Assembly: GCA_035402985.1 (NCBI GenBank)
Contig: DAONEH010000003.1
Location: 561-64,560, forward strand
Direction of reading: 5' to 3'
From: a bacterium
Lineage (GTDB): Bacteria > Patescibacteriota > Patescibacteriia > Patescibacteriales > UBA12465
DNA length: 64,000 nucleotides
In this document: positions 37,456 through 47,473 of the stretch, piece by piece
Numbering within the stretch: the first letter of the stretch is position 1
Layout of the letters: each line of letters starts with the position of its first letter
The notes under the pieces: generated by a model
What the model saw: only the letters and a program-made list of their open reading frames with translations
Database searches by the model: none
Told to the model about the DNA's origin: nothing
Translations under genes and position numbers: made by a program

Positions 37456-38229
37456 TTATTTAACTTTATTTAAAATTTCTTTTAGATCTAAATCAAGATC
37501 AATTATAATATCTTGAGTTTCTCCGTTTAGATCAACAAAATTTAAATGATTAGCCATTAGGAAGATTCTATTAATATTTAATTTTTTATTTTGTATTTTA
37601 CTCTTTTTATTACCATAGAGATTATCACCTAAAAGTGGATGACCAAAAGCTGAAAAATGAACTCGAATTTGATGAGTTCGACCAGTTTTTATATTAATTT
37701 TTATTAAAGTAAAATTAATTAATTTTTTTATTACCCAAAATTTAGTAATAGCTGAACGTGATTTATTTAAAGCTTTAATATGTCCTTTAGTACGATTAGA
37801 TATTTGATCATCGTCTAATTTTTCTAATTTATCTAAATTTTTTATAGTGCTAGGTATAGCCGCCATTTTATAACCCTGACTAGATCGATTAATGGGAAAA
37901 TCAATTAGACCTTCATCTTTATCAAGTTTTCCGCTTACTAATGCTATATATTCTTTAGTTATTTTTCGATCTTTAAATTGATTTTTGAAATAATTAAAAG
38001 CTATATTATTTTTAGCTATAATCATTAAACCGCTAGCTTCTTTATCTAAACGATGAACAATTCCAGGACGTAAGGGGTCTTCGCCTACTTTTTGTAATTT
38101 AGGATATTTTTCTATTAAATAATCAACTAAAGTTTTTTCAGTAATACCAGAACCACCATGAACAATTAAATTAGCTGGTTTATTTATAATTAAATAATCA
38201 GAAGTTTCTTTTATAATTTGAATATTCAT
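37456..38229 (-). CDS. rluD: RluA-family 23S rRNA pseudouridine synthase (RluD-like)
   Basis: HRLDKEASGLMIIAK catalytic-Asp motif and GRTHQIRVH. Confidence 0.85.
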   Translation of the reverse strand: MNIQIIKETSDYLIINKPANLIVHGGSGITEKTLVDYLIEKYPKLQKVGEDPLRPGIVHRLDKEASGLMIIAKNNIAFNYFKNQFKDRKITKEYIALVSGKLDKDEGLIDFPINRSSQGYKMAAIPSTIKNLDKLEKLDDDQISNRTKGHIKALNKSRSAITKFWVIKKLINFTLIKINIKTGRTHQIRVHFSAFGHPLLGDNLYGNKKSKIQNKKLNINRIFLMANHLNFVDLNGETQDIIIDLDLDLKEILNKVK

Positions 38230-39674
38230 ATATTTTTTTTATTAGGTATAAGAACTTTTAGATCATCTCGAGTTATACCTTTAAATAAATATAATAGCAA
38301 GAAGTAAATAATTATAGCTCCTAATATTATAACTAGTAGTAATAATCCTTTTTGGTATAGATAATTAGGAATAGCTAGCATAAAACCAGCCATACCCATA
38401 GAGGCTAAAAGTGATTTTCCCATTACTTTTAAATTAGGTTTAAAGCCAGTATTTTTTTTAACACATAAATAACTACCAATTAAAATAATTAAATTACTAA
38501 AAACGGTAACAATTGAAGCTCCTATATAAGAAAATTTTGGAATTAAAATAAAATATAAAATTAGGGAACTAATCATAGTAAAAACATAAAGCCCAATAAC
38601 TTTTTTTTGTTTATCAATGGCAATAACTAAATGAGAAAAAACACAACTAATAAATAATAAAGAAGTAGATAACATTAAAATTTGTAGAGCTAAACCACTA
38701 CCGGTAAAATTTTTACCAGCAATTAAGCTAATAACTTCTTGAGCTGTAAATTGAGTTCCAATAATCAAAGGAATAGCTAAAATAGCCATAAAATCAAATG
38801 ATTTTTGGGCTATTTTTTTAAAGAAATCTAAATTTTTATTTATCCAATTAAAAGTAAATAGGGGTAACATTATTCCGACAAACATATAGGGAATAGTACT
38901 AATAACTTCAATGGTTCGATAAGCAGCTCCATAAATTCCAACATCATCTATATTTTTAAATAATGATAATATAATAACATCACTTTTTTGATAAATTAAA
39001 TTTAAAATTATAGTAGTAGCTAGGGGCCAAGAATTTCTTAAAATCTTTTTCCAGACAGTAAAATCAAATTCAAATTTTATTTTGGCTGATTTTTTTCCAA
39101 ATAACCAATTGATTAAAAAATTGATAAAAGCACTAATAACTGAAGCCCATAAAATTCCGGATAAACCATAATTTAATTTTATAAAAATAAAGATTAATAT
39201 AACTAAAAATACTTTACCTATTACTTCAGCTAACATGGCTCGTTGCATTTGTAATGTTTTTTGAAATAAACCAATTAAAATTTGATTAAGAGCTGGAAAA
39301 ACATAGGATAAAGTAGCAATAGCTACTCCAATTTTTATAGTTTCATTATACGGAAAAAAGAAAATAAAAACTGGGGCTAGGCCTAATAAAATAATAGCTG
39401 AAAAAAAGCGAATAGAAAATAAATTACTAAGAGTTTTATTAACATTTTTTTCATTAGGATCACTTATCATTTTAGTCGTGATAAGATTTAATCCTAAATC
39501 CGCTGACATGGCAAAAAATGAAACAAAAGTAATAACGGTAGAATATTCACCAAAACCTTTGGTTCCTAAATATCTAGTCATGATAGCCAAAGATAAAACT
39601 CCTAATAAAGTTGATAAGGCTTTACCAATTATTTGGACTATAGTATTGTAAGCAATTTTTTTCTTAAGTTCCAT
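38226..39674 (-). CDS. Polysaccharide/lipid-linked oligosaccharide flippase (MOP superfamily, Wzx/MurJ-like)
   Basis: 482 aa with ~14 TM helices and typical MOP flippase N-terminus. Overlaps rluD by 4 nt. Confidence 0.75.
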   Translation of the reverse strand: MELKKKIAYNTIVQIIGKALSTLLGVLSLAIMTRYLGTKGFGEYSTVITFVSFFAMSADLGLNLITTKMISDPNEKNVNKTLSNLFSIRFFSAIILLGLAPVFIFFFPYNETIKIGVAIATLSYVFPALNQILIGLFQKTLQMQRAMLAEVIGKVFLVILIFIFIKLNYGLSGILWASVISAFINFLINWLFGKKSAKIKFEFDFTVWKKILRNSWPLATTIILNLIYQKSDVIILSLFKNIDDVGIYGAAYRTIEVISTIPYMFVGIMLPLFTFNWINKNLDFFKKIAQKSFDFMAILAIPLIIGTQFTAQEVISLIAGKNFTGSGLALQILMLSTSLLFISCVFSHLVIAIDKQKKVIGLYVFTMISSLILYFILIPKFSYIGASIVTVFSNLIILIGSYLCVKKNTGFKPNLKVMGKSLLASMGMAGFMLAIPNYLYQKGLLLLVIILGAIIIYFLLLYLFKGITRDDLKVLIPNKKNI

Positions 39675-39733
39675 TTGTTTTTTTTGTAAAAATAGTATAT
39701 AATTTTAGTATATAAAAATATTATCACAATTTT

Positions 39734-40180
39734 ATGAAAAAAGCGAAAAACATTTTTTTATTATTTTCTTTTATTTTATTATTATCTCTTTTTTTTACTA
39801 ATAATCAAATATTAAGTATAGAACAAGCTCAAGCTTCTTTATGGGATTCACAGACAGGTATGGACCAAATTGGAACTGCTTTTGGGGAAGATGGTGACGT
39901 TGAAGATGTTAGATATAAAATAGTAAAAGTTATTAATATTGTTTTATCAATTTTAGGAATTTTACTAGTGGTTTTAATTATTTATGCTGGTTTTTTATGG
40001 ATGACAGCGGGTGGTAGTGAAGATCAGGTTAGTAAAGCAAAGAAAATAATGACTAATGCTATTATTGGTTTAGTAATTGTATTTTTTGCTTGGTCAATAA
40101 CTTATTTTATCATGATGCGTTTACATGCTATCAGTGTAGGCGATCCTAATTATATTAATCCTAATCCAGTAGCTTATTAA
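39734..40180 (+). CDS. VirB2/TrbC-like (T4SS-pilin family) small secreted membrane protein
   Basis: Signal peptide plus two hydrophobic helices flanking the ...YAGFLWMTAGGSEDQVSKAKKIMTNAIIGLVIVF... motif typical of TrbC/VirB2-type pilins. Confidence 0.6.
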   Translation: MKKAKNIFLLFSFILLLSLFFTNNQILSIEQAQASLWDSQTGMDQIGTAFGEDGDVEDVRYKIVKVINIVLSILGILLVVLIIYAGFLWMTAGGSEDQVSKAKKIMTNAIIGLVIVFFAWSITYFIMMRLHAISVGDPNYINPNPVAY

Positions 40181-40278
40181 TGTGATATTGTCTTTTTTTT
40201 AAAAATTTGTTAGTATATACATATAAAGCTAATTGATAATACAATTAGCTTTTAATTTAATAAAATAAATGTAAAATT

Positions 40279-41598
40279 ATGTCAGAATTAATAAATGCCA
40301 TTAAACAAGTATGTGATGAAAAAAAGATAGAATATGATTTAGTTCTTTCAGCTATTGAAGCGTCTTTAGCCGCAGCTTATCGTAAAGATTATGGCAATAA
40401 AATGCAAAATATTAAGGTTAAATTTAATCCGGAAACTGGTAAGTCAAAAATTTATGATGTAAAAACAATTGTCGAAGATTTATCAGCTGAAGAACAAAAA
40501 GAATTTGATGAAGCTGAAAAAAAGCGTGAAGCTAATTTAGAAAATAAAAATAAAGATTTTAATCAAGTAAAAAAAGATCAAGTAATTGAAGCTACTGAAT
40601 TAGAAGGAGAGACAGAAAGAAAATTTAATCCTAAAAATGAAATTCAATTAAAGGATGCTGTTTTAATAAAAAAAGATGCTAAAATCGGAGAAGAAATTAT
40701 TTTTGATTTAGAGGAACCAGTTGGTTATGGACGAATGGCCGCTCAAACAGCTAAACAAGTTATTATTCAAAAACTTCGAGAAATAGAAAAAGAAACCGTC
40801 TTTAATGAATTTAAAGGTCAAGAAGGAGAAGTTATTAATGGTATTATTCAAAGAATTGAAGGTCGTTTAGTTTTTGTAGATTTAGATAAAGCTATTGGAA
40901 TTTTACCTTTAGATGAACAAATTATGGGAGAAAGATATAGTATTGGTAATCGTATTAAAGTTTATGTAAAAGAAGTTCGTTCTGGTATTCGTGGAGCTGA
41001 AATTATTTTATCTCGTAAATCAGAAGAAATTGTTAAACAAATATTTGCTATGGAAATTCCAGAAGTTGCTAATGGCTTAGTTGAAATTAAAAATGTAGCT
41101 CGTGAAGCTGGTTCTCGATCTAAGGTAGCTATTTTTTCAGATTCTGAAAATATTGATCCAGTAGGTTCATGTGTTGGACAACGAGGTGTTCGTATTCAAA
41201 CTATTATTAATGAATTAGGTGGTGAAAAAGTTGATATTATTGAATATAGTGATGATCCAGCTAAATTTATTAGCAATGCTTTAGCTCCAGCTAAAATTTT
41301 AGGTATTGATATTGATATTAAAAATAAAAAAGCGGTAGCTAAAGTAGCCGCTGATAAATTATCATTAGCTATTGGTAAAAATGGTCAAAATGTTCGCTTG
41401 GCTGCTCGTTTAACCGGCTGGAAAATAGATATAATTTCTAGTGAGGGTGAAGAATTAATAAAATTTGAAGAAGTAGTTGATAATGATGATGATATAGAAG
41501 TTGAAAGAATAATTCCAAACGAAGAAGATTTAGAAAATGAACAAATAGAATCAGACCAAGAAGAAGTTAAAAAAAAGTCTCGAAAAAAAAGTAAATAA
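40279..41598 (+). CDS. nusA: Transcription termination/antitermination factor NusA
   Basis: N-terminal domain, S1 domain (GEVINGIIQRIEGRLVFVDL), two KH domains (CVGQRGVRIQ, AIGKNGQNVRLAARLTGW), acidic then Lys-rich tail. Confidence 0.93.
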   Translation: MSELINAIKQVCDEKKIEYDLVLSAIEASLAAAYRKDYGNKMQNIKVKFNPETGKSKIYDVKTIVEDLSAEEQKEFDEAEKKREANLENKNKDFNQVKKDQVIEATELEGETERKFNPKNEIQLKDAVLIKKDAKIGEEIIFDLEEPVGYGRMAAQTAKQVIIQKLREIEKETVFNEFKGQEGEVINGIIQRIEGRLVFVDLDKAIGILPLDEQIMGERYSIGNRIKVYVKEVRSGIRGAEIILSRKSEEIVKQIFAMEIPEVANGLVEIKNVAREAGSRSKVAIFSDSENIDPVGSCVGQRGVRIQTIINELGGEKVDIIEYSDDPAKFISNALAPAKILGIDIDIKNKKAVAKVAADKLSLAIGKNGQNVRLAARLTGWKIDIISSEGEELIKFEEVVDNDDDIEVERIIPNEEDLENEQIESDQEEVKKKSRKKSK

Positions 41599-41667
41599 AA
41601 ATTTATATAAAAATTAAGATTAATTTTTAGTTAATTTAAATTAATAATTAACTAAAAGAAAAAATTT

Positions 41668-43653
41668 ATGACTGAACTTTTTATTATAGCCAGCGCCTTA
41701 GTGGCTTTAATTGTGGGGGTAATTTTAATTAGAGTAATTATGAAATTACCTAAAGGTGACGATAAAATGCAAGAAATTGCTAAAGCTATCCAATCTGGAG
41801 CTAAAGCTTTTTTAAATCGTCAATATAAAACTGTAGCCATTGTAGCTGTAGTTTTATTTGTTATTATTTCGTTTGTTCCTTCTTTAGGAATTAAAACAGC
41901 TCTAGCTTTTTTAGTTGGATCAGTATTATCAGCTTTAGCTGGTTATATTGGAATGAATATTAGTGTTAGAGCTAATGTTCGAACCGCCGAAGCCGCTAAG
42001 AATGGTTTAAAAAAAGCTTTAAATGTAGCCGTAAAAGGTGGAAGTATTACTGGATTATTAGTAGTTGGTTTAGCTTTACTAGGAACTTCAGTTTTTTATT
42101 TTATAACTAAAGATTTATCTTCTTTAATTGGTTTTGGTTTTGGTGGATCTTTAATTTCAATTTTTGCTCGTTTAGGTGGTGGTATTTATACTAAAGCAGC
42201 TGATGTGGGAGCAGACTTAGTTGGTAAAGTTGAATCTGATATTCCTGAAGATGATCCTCGTAATCCGGCTGTTATTGCTGATAATGTTGGAGACAATGTT
42301 GGTGATTGTGCTGGTATGGCCGCTGATTTATTTGAAACTTATGCTGTTACTACTATTGCTGCTATGGTTTTAGGAAATATATTTTTACCAGGATCTGATA
42401 CTATTATTTTATTTCCTTTAGTTTTGGGAGCAATTTCTATTTTTGCTTCAATTATTGGAATTTTCTTTATTCGTTTAGGTAAAAAACAAAATATTATGAC
42501 CGCTTTGTATAAAGGATTATTAGCTGCTGGATTAATTTCAGCTATTGCTTTTTATCCAGTTACTAAGTTTATGTTTAATGGTAATTTGTCTTTTAATTTT
42601 TTACATATTTATATTTGTGCTTTAATTGGTTTAGTTGTTACTGCTTTAATGGTAATTATAACTGAATATTATACTTCTACAAAATATAATCCAGTAAAAA
42701 GTATTGCTGAAGCCTCAACTACCGGCCATGGAACTAATGTTATTGCTGGTTTAGCTGTTTCGATGAAATCAACTATGTTACCAATATTAGTAATTGTTTT
42801 AGCTATTTTAGGAGCTTATAGTTTGTCTGGCATTTATGGTATTGCCATTGCTGCCGTAGCTATGTTATCTATGGCTGGTGTTATTATTACTATTGATTCT
42901 TATGGACCAATTACTGATAATGCTGGAGGTATTGCTGAAATGGCCGAATTAAGTGAAGAGGTTAGAAATATTACTGATCCACTTGATGCTGTTGGAAATA
43001 CTACTAAGGCTGTAACTAAAGGTTATGCTATTGGTAGTGCAGCTTTAGCTACTTTAGTTTTATTTGCTGATTTTACTAATAAAGTTGGTGATGGCTTTAA
43101 TTTTAATATTAATAACCCACAAATTTTAATTGGTTTATTTATTGGAGGTTCTTTATCTTATTATTTTGGAGCTTTAGCCATGAAAGCAGTTGGAAAATCA
43201 GCTGGTTCAGTAGTGGAAGATGTTCGAGCTCAATTTAAAGAAAGACCAGGAATTATGGACGGTTCACAAAAACCAGATTATGGTCGTACAGTTGATATTG
43301 TAACTAAATCAGCTTTAAAAGCTATGATTTTACCAGCTTTAATTCCAGTGGTTGTTCCAATTTTAGTTGGTTTTCTATTAGGAGTTGAAGCTTTAGGTGG
43401 TTTACTTATCGGTTCTATTATTACAGGTGTTTTTGTAGCTATTTCTATGACTTCTGGTGGTGGTGCTTGGGATAATGCTAAAAAATATATTGAATCAGGA
43501 AATTTTGGTGGTAAAGGTTCTGACGCTCATAAAGCAGCAGTTACTGGTGATACTGTAGGTGATCCTTACAAAGATACAGCTGGTCCAGCCATTAATCCTA
43601 TGATTAAAATCATTAATATAGTAGCCTTACTTATTGTTGGTTTGCTTATTTAA
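41668..43653 (+). CDS. hppA: Membrane-bound ion-translocating pyrophosphatase
   Basis: Signature [21 protein letters not shown] plus [13 protein letters not shown] and [19 protein letters not shown]. Confidence 0.95.
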   Translation: MTELFIIASALVALIVGVILIRVIMKLPKGDDKMQEIAKAIQSGAKAFLNRQYKTVAIVAVVLFVIISFVPSLGIKTALAFLVGSVLSALAGYIGMNISVRANVRTAEAAKNGLKKALNVAVKGGSITGLLVVGLALLGTSVFYFITKDLSSLIGFGFGGSLISIFARLGGGIYTKAADVGADLVGKVESDIPEDDPRNPAVIADNVGDNVGDCAGMAADLFETYAVTTIAAMVLGNIFLPGSDTIILFPLVLGAISIFASIIGIFFIRLGKKQNIMTALYKGLLAAGLISAIAFYPVTKFMFNGNLSFNFLHIYICALIGLVVTALMVIITEYYTSTKYNPVKSIAEASTTGHGTNVIAGLAVSMKSTMLPILVIVLAILGAYSLSGIYGIAIAAVAMLSMAGVIITIDSYGPITDNAGGIAEMAELSEEVRNITDPLDAVGNTTKAVTKGYAIGSAALATLVLFADFTNKVGDGFNFNINNPQILIGLFIGGSLSYYFGALAMKAVGKSAGSVVEDVRAQFKERPGIMDGSQKPDYGRTVDIVTKSALKAMILPALIPVVVPILVGFLLGVEALGGLLIGSIITGVFVAISMTSGGGAWDNAKKYIESGNFGGKGSDAHKAAVTGDTVGDPYKDTAGPAINPMIKIINIVALLIVGLLI

Positions 43654-43677
43654 AAATATATTATTTTATCCAAGAAA

Positions 43678-43708
43678 TAGGGTGTATTAATAAATACATC
43701 CTATTTTT
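43678..43708 (+). terminator. Intrinsic terminator after hppA
   Basis: 11-bp stem TAGGGTGTATT/AATACATCCTA (one G.U pair), 4-nt loop, T5 run. Confidence 0.65.
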
Positions 43709-43767
43709 AATAATTTATTAACTAAAATACAAATGTAATTTATATTTTAGTTTGATTTTTATTAATA

Positions 43768-43796
43768 TTGACTTATTTTTTAGTTTAGGGTATAAT
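43768..43796 (+). promoter_or_regulatory. Sigma70-type promoter (TTGACT-17-TATAAT)
   Basis: TTGACT at 43768-43773, TATAAT at 43791-43796. Confidence 0.55.
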
Positions 43797-43828
43797 TAAA
43801 TTATATTTTATAATTAAAATATAATTAT

Positions 43829-45037
43829 ATGATTTACAAGCGAAAAATAATTGATGAAATATTAACTTTTATTAATTTAGAAGAAATAATTGTTTTACAT
43901 GGTGCTCGGCAAGTTGGTAAAACTCATATTTTATTATGGTTACAAAATTATTTAAAAGATAAAAAAGAAAATACTTATTTTATTGATTTAGAAGATTCTA
44001 GGTTTAAAAAAATTTTAGACTTAGGAATCGATGAATTTATTAATCATTTAAAAGAGGAAGGGTTTTATCCTAAAGACGAAAAAAAACTTTATGTTTTTAT
44101 TGATGAAATTCAATATTTAGAAAATCCATCAAATTTTTTAAAATTAATAGCTGATCATTATAAAAATATTAAATTAATTATTTCTGGTTCTTCTAGTTTT
44201 GAAATAAAAAATAAATTTAAAGATTCATTGGTTGGCCGTACAATTAATTTTGAAATTTTTAATTTATCTTTTGAAGAGTTTTTGTTGTTTAAAGGTTATA
44301 ATTATAATCAAAAACAAGTTTTTACCCAAAAGAAAAATGAAGAATTAAAAATGTTATATAAAGAATTTGTTTTATTTGGGGCTTATCCTAAAATAGCTTT
44401 AATTGATGAAATAAAAATAAAAGAAAAAAGATTACAACAAATAATTGATACTTATATTAAAAAAGATATTAAAGAATTGGCCAATATTGATAATATTGAA
44501 AAATTTAATAAATTAATTGAAATTTTAGCTTCTCAAAGCGGTCAAATAATAAACGTTAAAGAATTATCAGATACCTGTGATTTATCGGTTCCAACCATTG
44601 AAAAATATCTTTTTATTTTAGAACAAACTTATATTATTAAATTAGTAAAACCATATAATAAAAATATTAGAAGTGAATTAGTAAAAGCTCCAAAAGTATT
44701 TTTTTATGATTCTGGTTTAATGCAAATGTTAATTTTTAAAAGTTTAACTAAAGAAATTATTGGTAATGTTTTTGAAACTAATATTTTTTCAGAATTAATA
44801 AAAAAATATAAATCTAGTAATATTTATTATTGGAGAACCAAAGATAAAAAAGAAATAGATTTTATTATAAAAGATAAAAATAATATTATTCCAGTTGAAG
44901 TTAAATTAAATTTTGCTCGAGCTGATTATTCAACTATCAATTATTTTTTAAGAGAGTATAATTTAGATAAAAATTTTATTATTGCTTTAGATGGAAATAA
45001 GGATAAAAAAACATGTATTTATCCTTGGGAGATTTAA
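43829..45037 (+). CDS. AAA-family ATPase (AAA_14 + DUF4143 architecture)
   Basis: Walker A HGARQVGKTH, Walker B VFIDEIQY, and a C-terminal restriction-endonuclease-like region typical of DUF4143 proteins (YWRTKDKKEIDFII...IPVEVK). Confidence 0.8.
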   Translation: MIYKRKIIDEILTFINLEEIIVLHGARQVGKTHILLWLQNYLKDKKENTYFIDLEDSRFKKILDLGIDEFINHLKEEGFYPKDEKKLYVFIDEIQYLENPSNFLKLIADHYKNIKLIISGSSSFEIKNKFKDSLVGRTINFEIFNLSFEEFLLFKGYNYNQKQVFTQKKNEELKMLYKEFVLFGAYPKIALIDEIKIKEKRLQQIIDTYIKKDIKELANIDNIEKFNKLIEILASQSGQIINVKELSDTCDLSVPTIEKYLFILEQTYIIKLVKPYNKNIRSELVKAPKVFFYDSGLMQMLIFKSLTKEIIGNVFETNIFSELIKKYKSSNIYYWRTKDKKEIDFIIKDKNNIIPVEVKLNFARADYSTINYFLREYNLDKNFIIALDGNKDKKTCIYPWEI

Positions 45038-45051
45038 TTTTTTTATTTTTT

Positions 45052-45060
45052 TGCTATAAT
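45052..45060 (+). promoter_or_regulatory. Extended -10 element (TGcTATAAT) upstream of tig
   Basis: TG at 45052-45053 and TATAAT at 45055-45060, 31 nt before the tig ATG. Confidence 0.4.
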
Positions 45061-45091
45061 AGAATAACTAATAATTATTAAATTTATAAAT

Positions 45092-46378
45092 ATGAAAGTT
45101 ACAAAAAAAGATTTAGAGAAATCACAAATTGAACTTACAATTGAAGTTAGTGTAGAAGAATTTACTCCTTTTATTCAAAAAGGAGCTGAGTCTTTATCTA
45201 AAGAAGTAAAGATTGAGGGTTTTCGTTCTGGAAAAGTTCCGTTTGAAATTTTAAAACAAAAAATAGGCGAAATGAGTATTTTAGAAGAAGCGGCTCGACT
45301 TATTATTAATAAACAAATTTTTGAAGTTATTAGAGAAAATATAAAGGATAAACAAGTAATTGGTAATCCTGAAATTAATATTACTAAATTAGCTCCCGGT
45401 AATCCTTTAGAATATAAAATTAAAGTTATAATTTTACCAGAAATTACTCTAGGAGCCTATAAAGATTTTGCTTTAACTTCTGAAAAAAATGAAGCTTCTG
45501 ACAGTGACATTAATAAAATTTTAGATGATTTAGTAGAAATGCGAGCTACAGAAAAAATTTCTGAAGAAGCTATAAAAAACGGAGATAAAGTTATTACAGC
45601 TGTTAATTTATTTTTAGATAAAGTTCCAGTTGAGGATGGACAAAATCCGGAAGCCACAGTTTTAATTGGAAAAAATTATTTTGTTGAAGGCTTTGATAAA
45701 AATTTAATTGGTTTAAAAAAAGGTGATACTAAAGAATTTAATATTGTGTACCCTGAAAATCATTGGCAAAAAAATTTAGCTGGTAAGTTAGTTGATTTTA
45801 AAATAGAAATAAAAGAAGTCTATAATCGAATAATACCTGAAATTAATGATGATTTAGCTAAAATTTTTCGTTTTAAAAATTTAAATGAATTAAAAAATAA
45901 TTTAAAGAAAACAGTTGAAGATCAAAAGAAAAAAGAAAATGATCAAAAAATTGAAGTAAAAATTCTTGATAAGATTATAGAAAAATCTAAATTTGGTGAT
46001 ATCGCTGATGAATTAATAAAAAATGAATCTGATATTATGATTAGAGAAATAGAACAAAATGTTACAGCTCAAGGTGGTAAATTTGAAGATTATTTAAAGA
46101 GTATTAATAAAAGTGAGGATCAATTAAAATTAGATTTAATGCCTAATGCCGTAAAAAGAGTTAAGAGTGCTTTAATTCTAAAAGAAATTGCTAAAATAGA
46201 AAAAATTGAAATAAGTCATGAAGAAGTTCATAAAGAAATTGATACTTTAAAAAATTATTATAAAGATAATCTTGAAGCTATAAAAAATATTTCTAGTCCA
46301 GCTTATCATTCTTATTTAGAAAATTTTCTTTTAAATCAAAAAGTAATTAATAATTTAAAAAAATGGAATATCGTTTAG
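45092..46378 (+). CDS. tig: Trigger factor
   Basis: N-terminal ribosome-binding motif GFRSGKVP, central PPIase-like region, C-terminal arm domain. Confidence 0.9.
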   Translation: MKVTKKDLEKSQIELTIEVSVEEFTPFIQKGAESLSKEVKIEGFRSGKVPFEILKQKIGEMSILEEAARLIINKQIFEVIRENIKDKQVIGNPEINITKLAPGNPLEYKIKVIILPEITLGAYKDFALTSEKNEASDSDINKILDDLVEMRATEKISEEAIKNGDKVITAVNLFLDKVPVEDGQNPEATVLIGKNYFVEGFDKNLIGLKKGDTKEFNIVYPENHWQKNLAGKLVDFKIEIKEVYNRIIPEINDDLAKIFRFKNLNELKNNLKKTVEDQKKKENDQKIEVKILDKIIEKSKFGDIADELIKNESDIMIREIEQNVTAQGGKFEDYLKSINKSEDQLKLDLMPNAVKRVKSALILKEIAKIEKIEISHEEVHKEIDTLKNYYKDNLEAIKNISSPAYHSYLENFLLNQKVINNLKKWNIV

Positions 46379-46409
46379 ATATTAAATTTTCTAAACGGTA
46401 TAATAATAA

Positions 46410-46883
46410 ATGAAAATATTAGCCGTTAATAAAAAAGCCACTTTTGATTATCAGGTTTTAGAGACATTCGAAGCCGGTTTAGTTTTATTTGGTCATGAAG
46501 TTAAATCTTTAAGAAACGGTCAAGTTAATTTAAAAGGTTCTTATATTTCTTTTGGTACTGATTTAAAAAATTCTTCAGAAGCTTTTTTGGTAAATTCTCA
46601 TATTTCTTTGTATAAACCAGTTGGTAAATTAGAAAATTATGATCCTAATCGTCCTAGAAAACTTTTATTAAAAAAGAAAGAATTAGTTTATTTAATAGGT
46701 AAAACACAAGAAAAGGGCTTGACAGTCATTCCGATTAAGTTATATACTAAGAACAGTTTTATCAAATTAGAAATAGCAATTGCTAAAGGAAAAAAATCTT
46801 TTGATAAAAGAGAAGATTTGAAAAAGAAAGATATAAAAAAATATATCCGAACTTTAACAAAGCAAAAAAATAAAAAAATTTAG
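46410..46883 (+). CDS. smpB: SsrA-binding protein SmpB
   Basis: NKKATFDYQVLETFEAGLVLFGHEVKSLR and C-terminal basic tail. The last base of the TAG stop (46881-46883) is the first G of the tmRNA. Confidence 0.93.
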   Translation: MKILAVNKKATFDYQVLETFEAGLVLFGHEVKSLRNGQVNLKGSYISFGTDLKNSSEAFLVNSHISLYKPVGKLENYDPNRPRKLLLKKKELVYLIGKTQEKGLTVIPIKLYTKNSFIKLEIAIAKGKKSFDKREDLKKKDIKKYIRTLTKQKNKKI

Positions 46884-47267
46884 GGGATGACTTTGGCTTC
46901 GATAACAAAATATTTTTTTAAATATTCAAAGCATGTTGAACGTCATGACAAAATGTTCAAAATATAAGTGTAAAAAACACTATAGCTAAAGCGGCTTTCT
47001 CATGGAAAGTTCCAGCTTTTGCTCCTGTTGTCGCTTAATAAACGCGATAGCCATCAGTCCGGTGACTCCTTATAACCGTAAACTGGTGTAATTTATAAGG
47101 ATAGGCTAAAAATTTTTTTCGTTTTATAGTCGAAAGATTAGAAAAATCGTTATTATTCTATTTAGCTTAATTTTAAGAATAATAATTAAAAAAATTAATT
47201 AAGCTATTTTTGTAAAAGTATTTAAAAAAACTTGTTAGACACGGGTTCAATTCCCGTCATCTCCACC
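46883..47267 (+). ncRNA. ssrA: tmRNA (SsrA)
   Basis: 5' GGGGATGACTTTGGCTTCGA... and 3' ...GACACGGGTTCAATTCCCGTCATCTCCACC form a tRNA-Ala-like acceptor stem with a G3.U pair and a T-arm. Internal tag frame (A)KAAFSWKVPAFAPVVA ends in TAA TAA (46985-47041). Confidence 0.9.
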
Positions 47268-47277
47268 TAAATATTTT

Positions 47278-47361
47278 GCCGCGATGGCGGAACTGGTAGA
47301 CGCGCTGGACTTAAAATCCAGTGATAGCGATATCGTGGGAGTTCGATTCTCCCTCGCGGCA
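47278..47361 (+). tRNA. tRNA-Leu (anticodon UAA), type II with long variable arm
   Basis: GCCGCGA acceptor, anticodon stem CTGGA/TCCAG with loop CTTAAAA, long variable arm, T-arm GGGAGTTCGATTCTCCC. Confidence 0.9.
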
Positions 47362-47370
47362 CATAATAAA

Positions 47371-47445
47371 GCGGGTATCGTATAGTGGCTATTATGCGAC
47401 CTTGCCAAGGTCGAGAGACGGGTTCAATTCCCGTTACCCGCTCCA
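47371..47445 (+). tRNA. tRNA-Gly (anticodon GCC), CCA encoded
   Basis: GCGGGTA acceptor, anticodon loop TTGCCAA, T-arm ACGGGTTCAATTCCCGT, 3' CTCCA. Close to E. coli tRNA-Gly(GCC). Confidence 0.9.
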
Positions 47446-47473
47446 TTTTATCTTAAAAAATAATATTTAAAAA

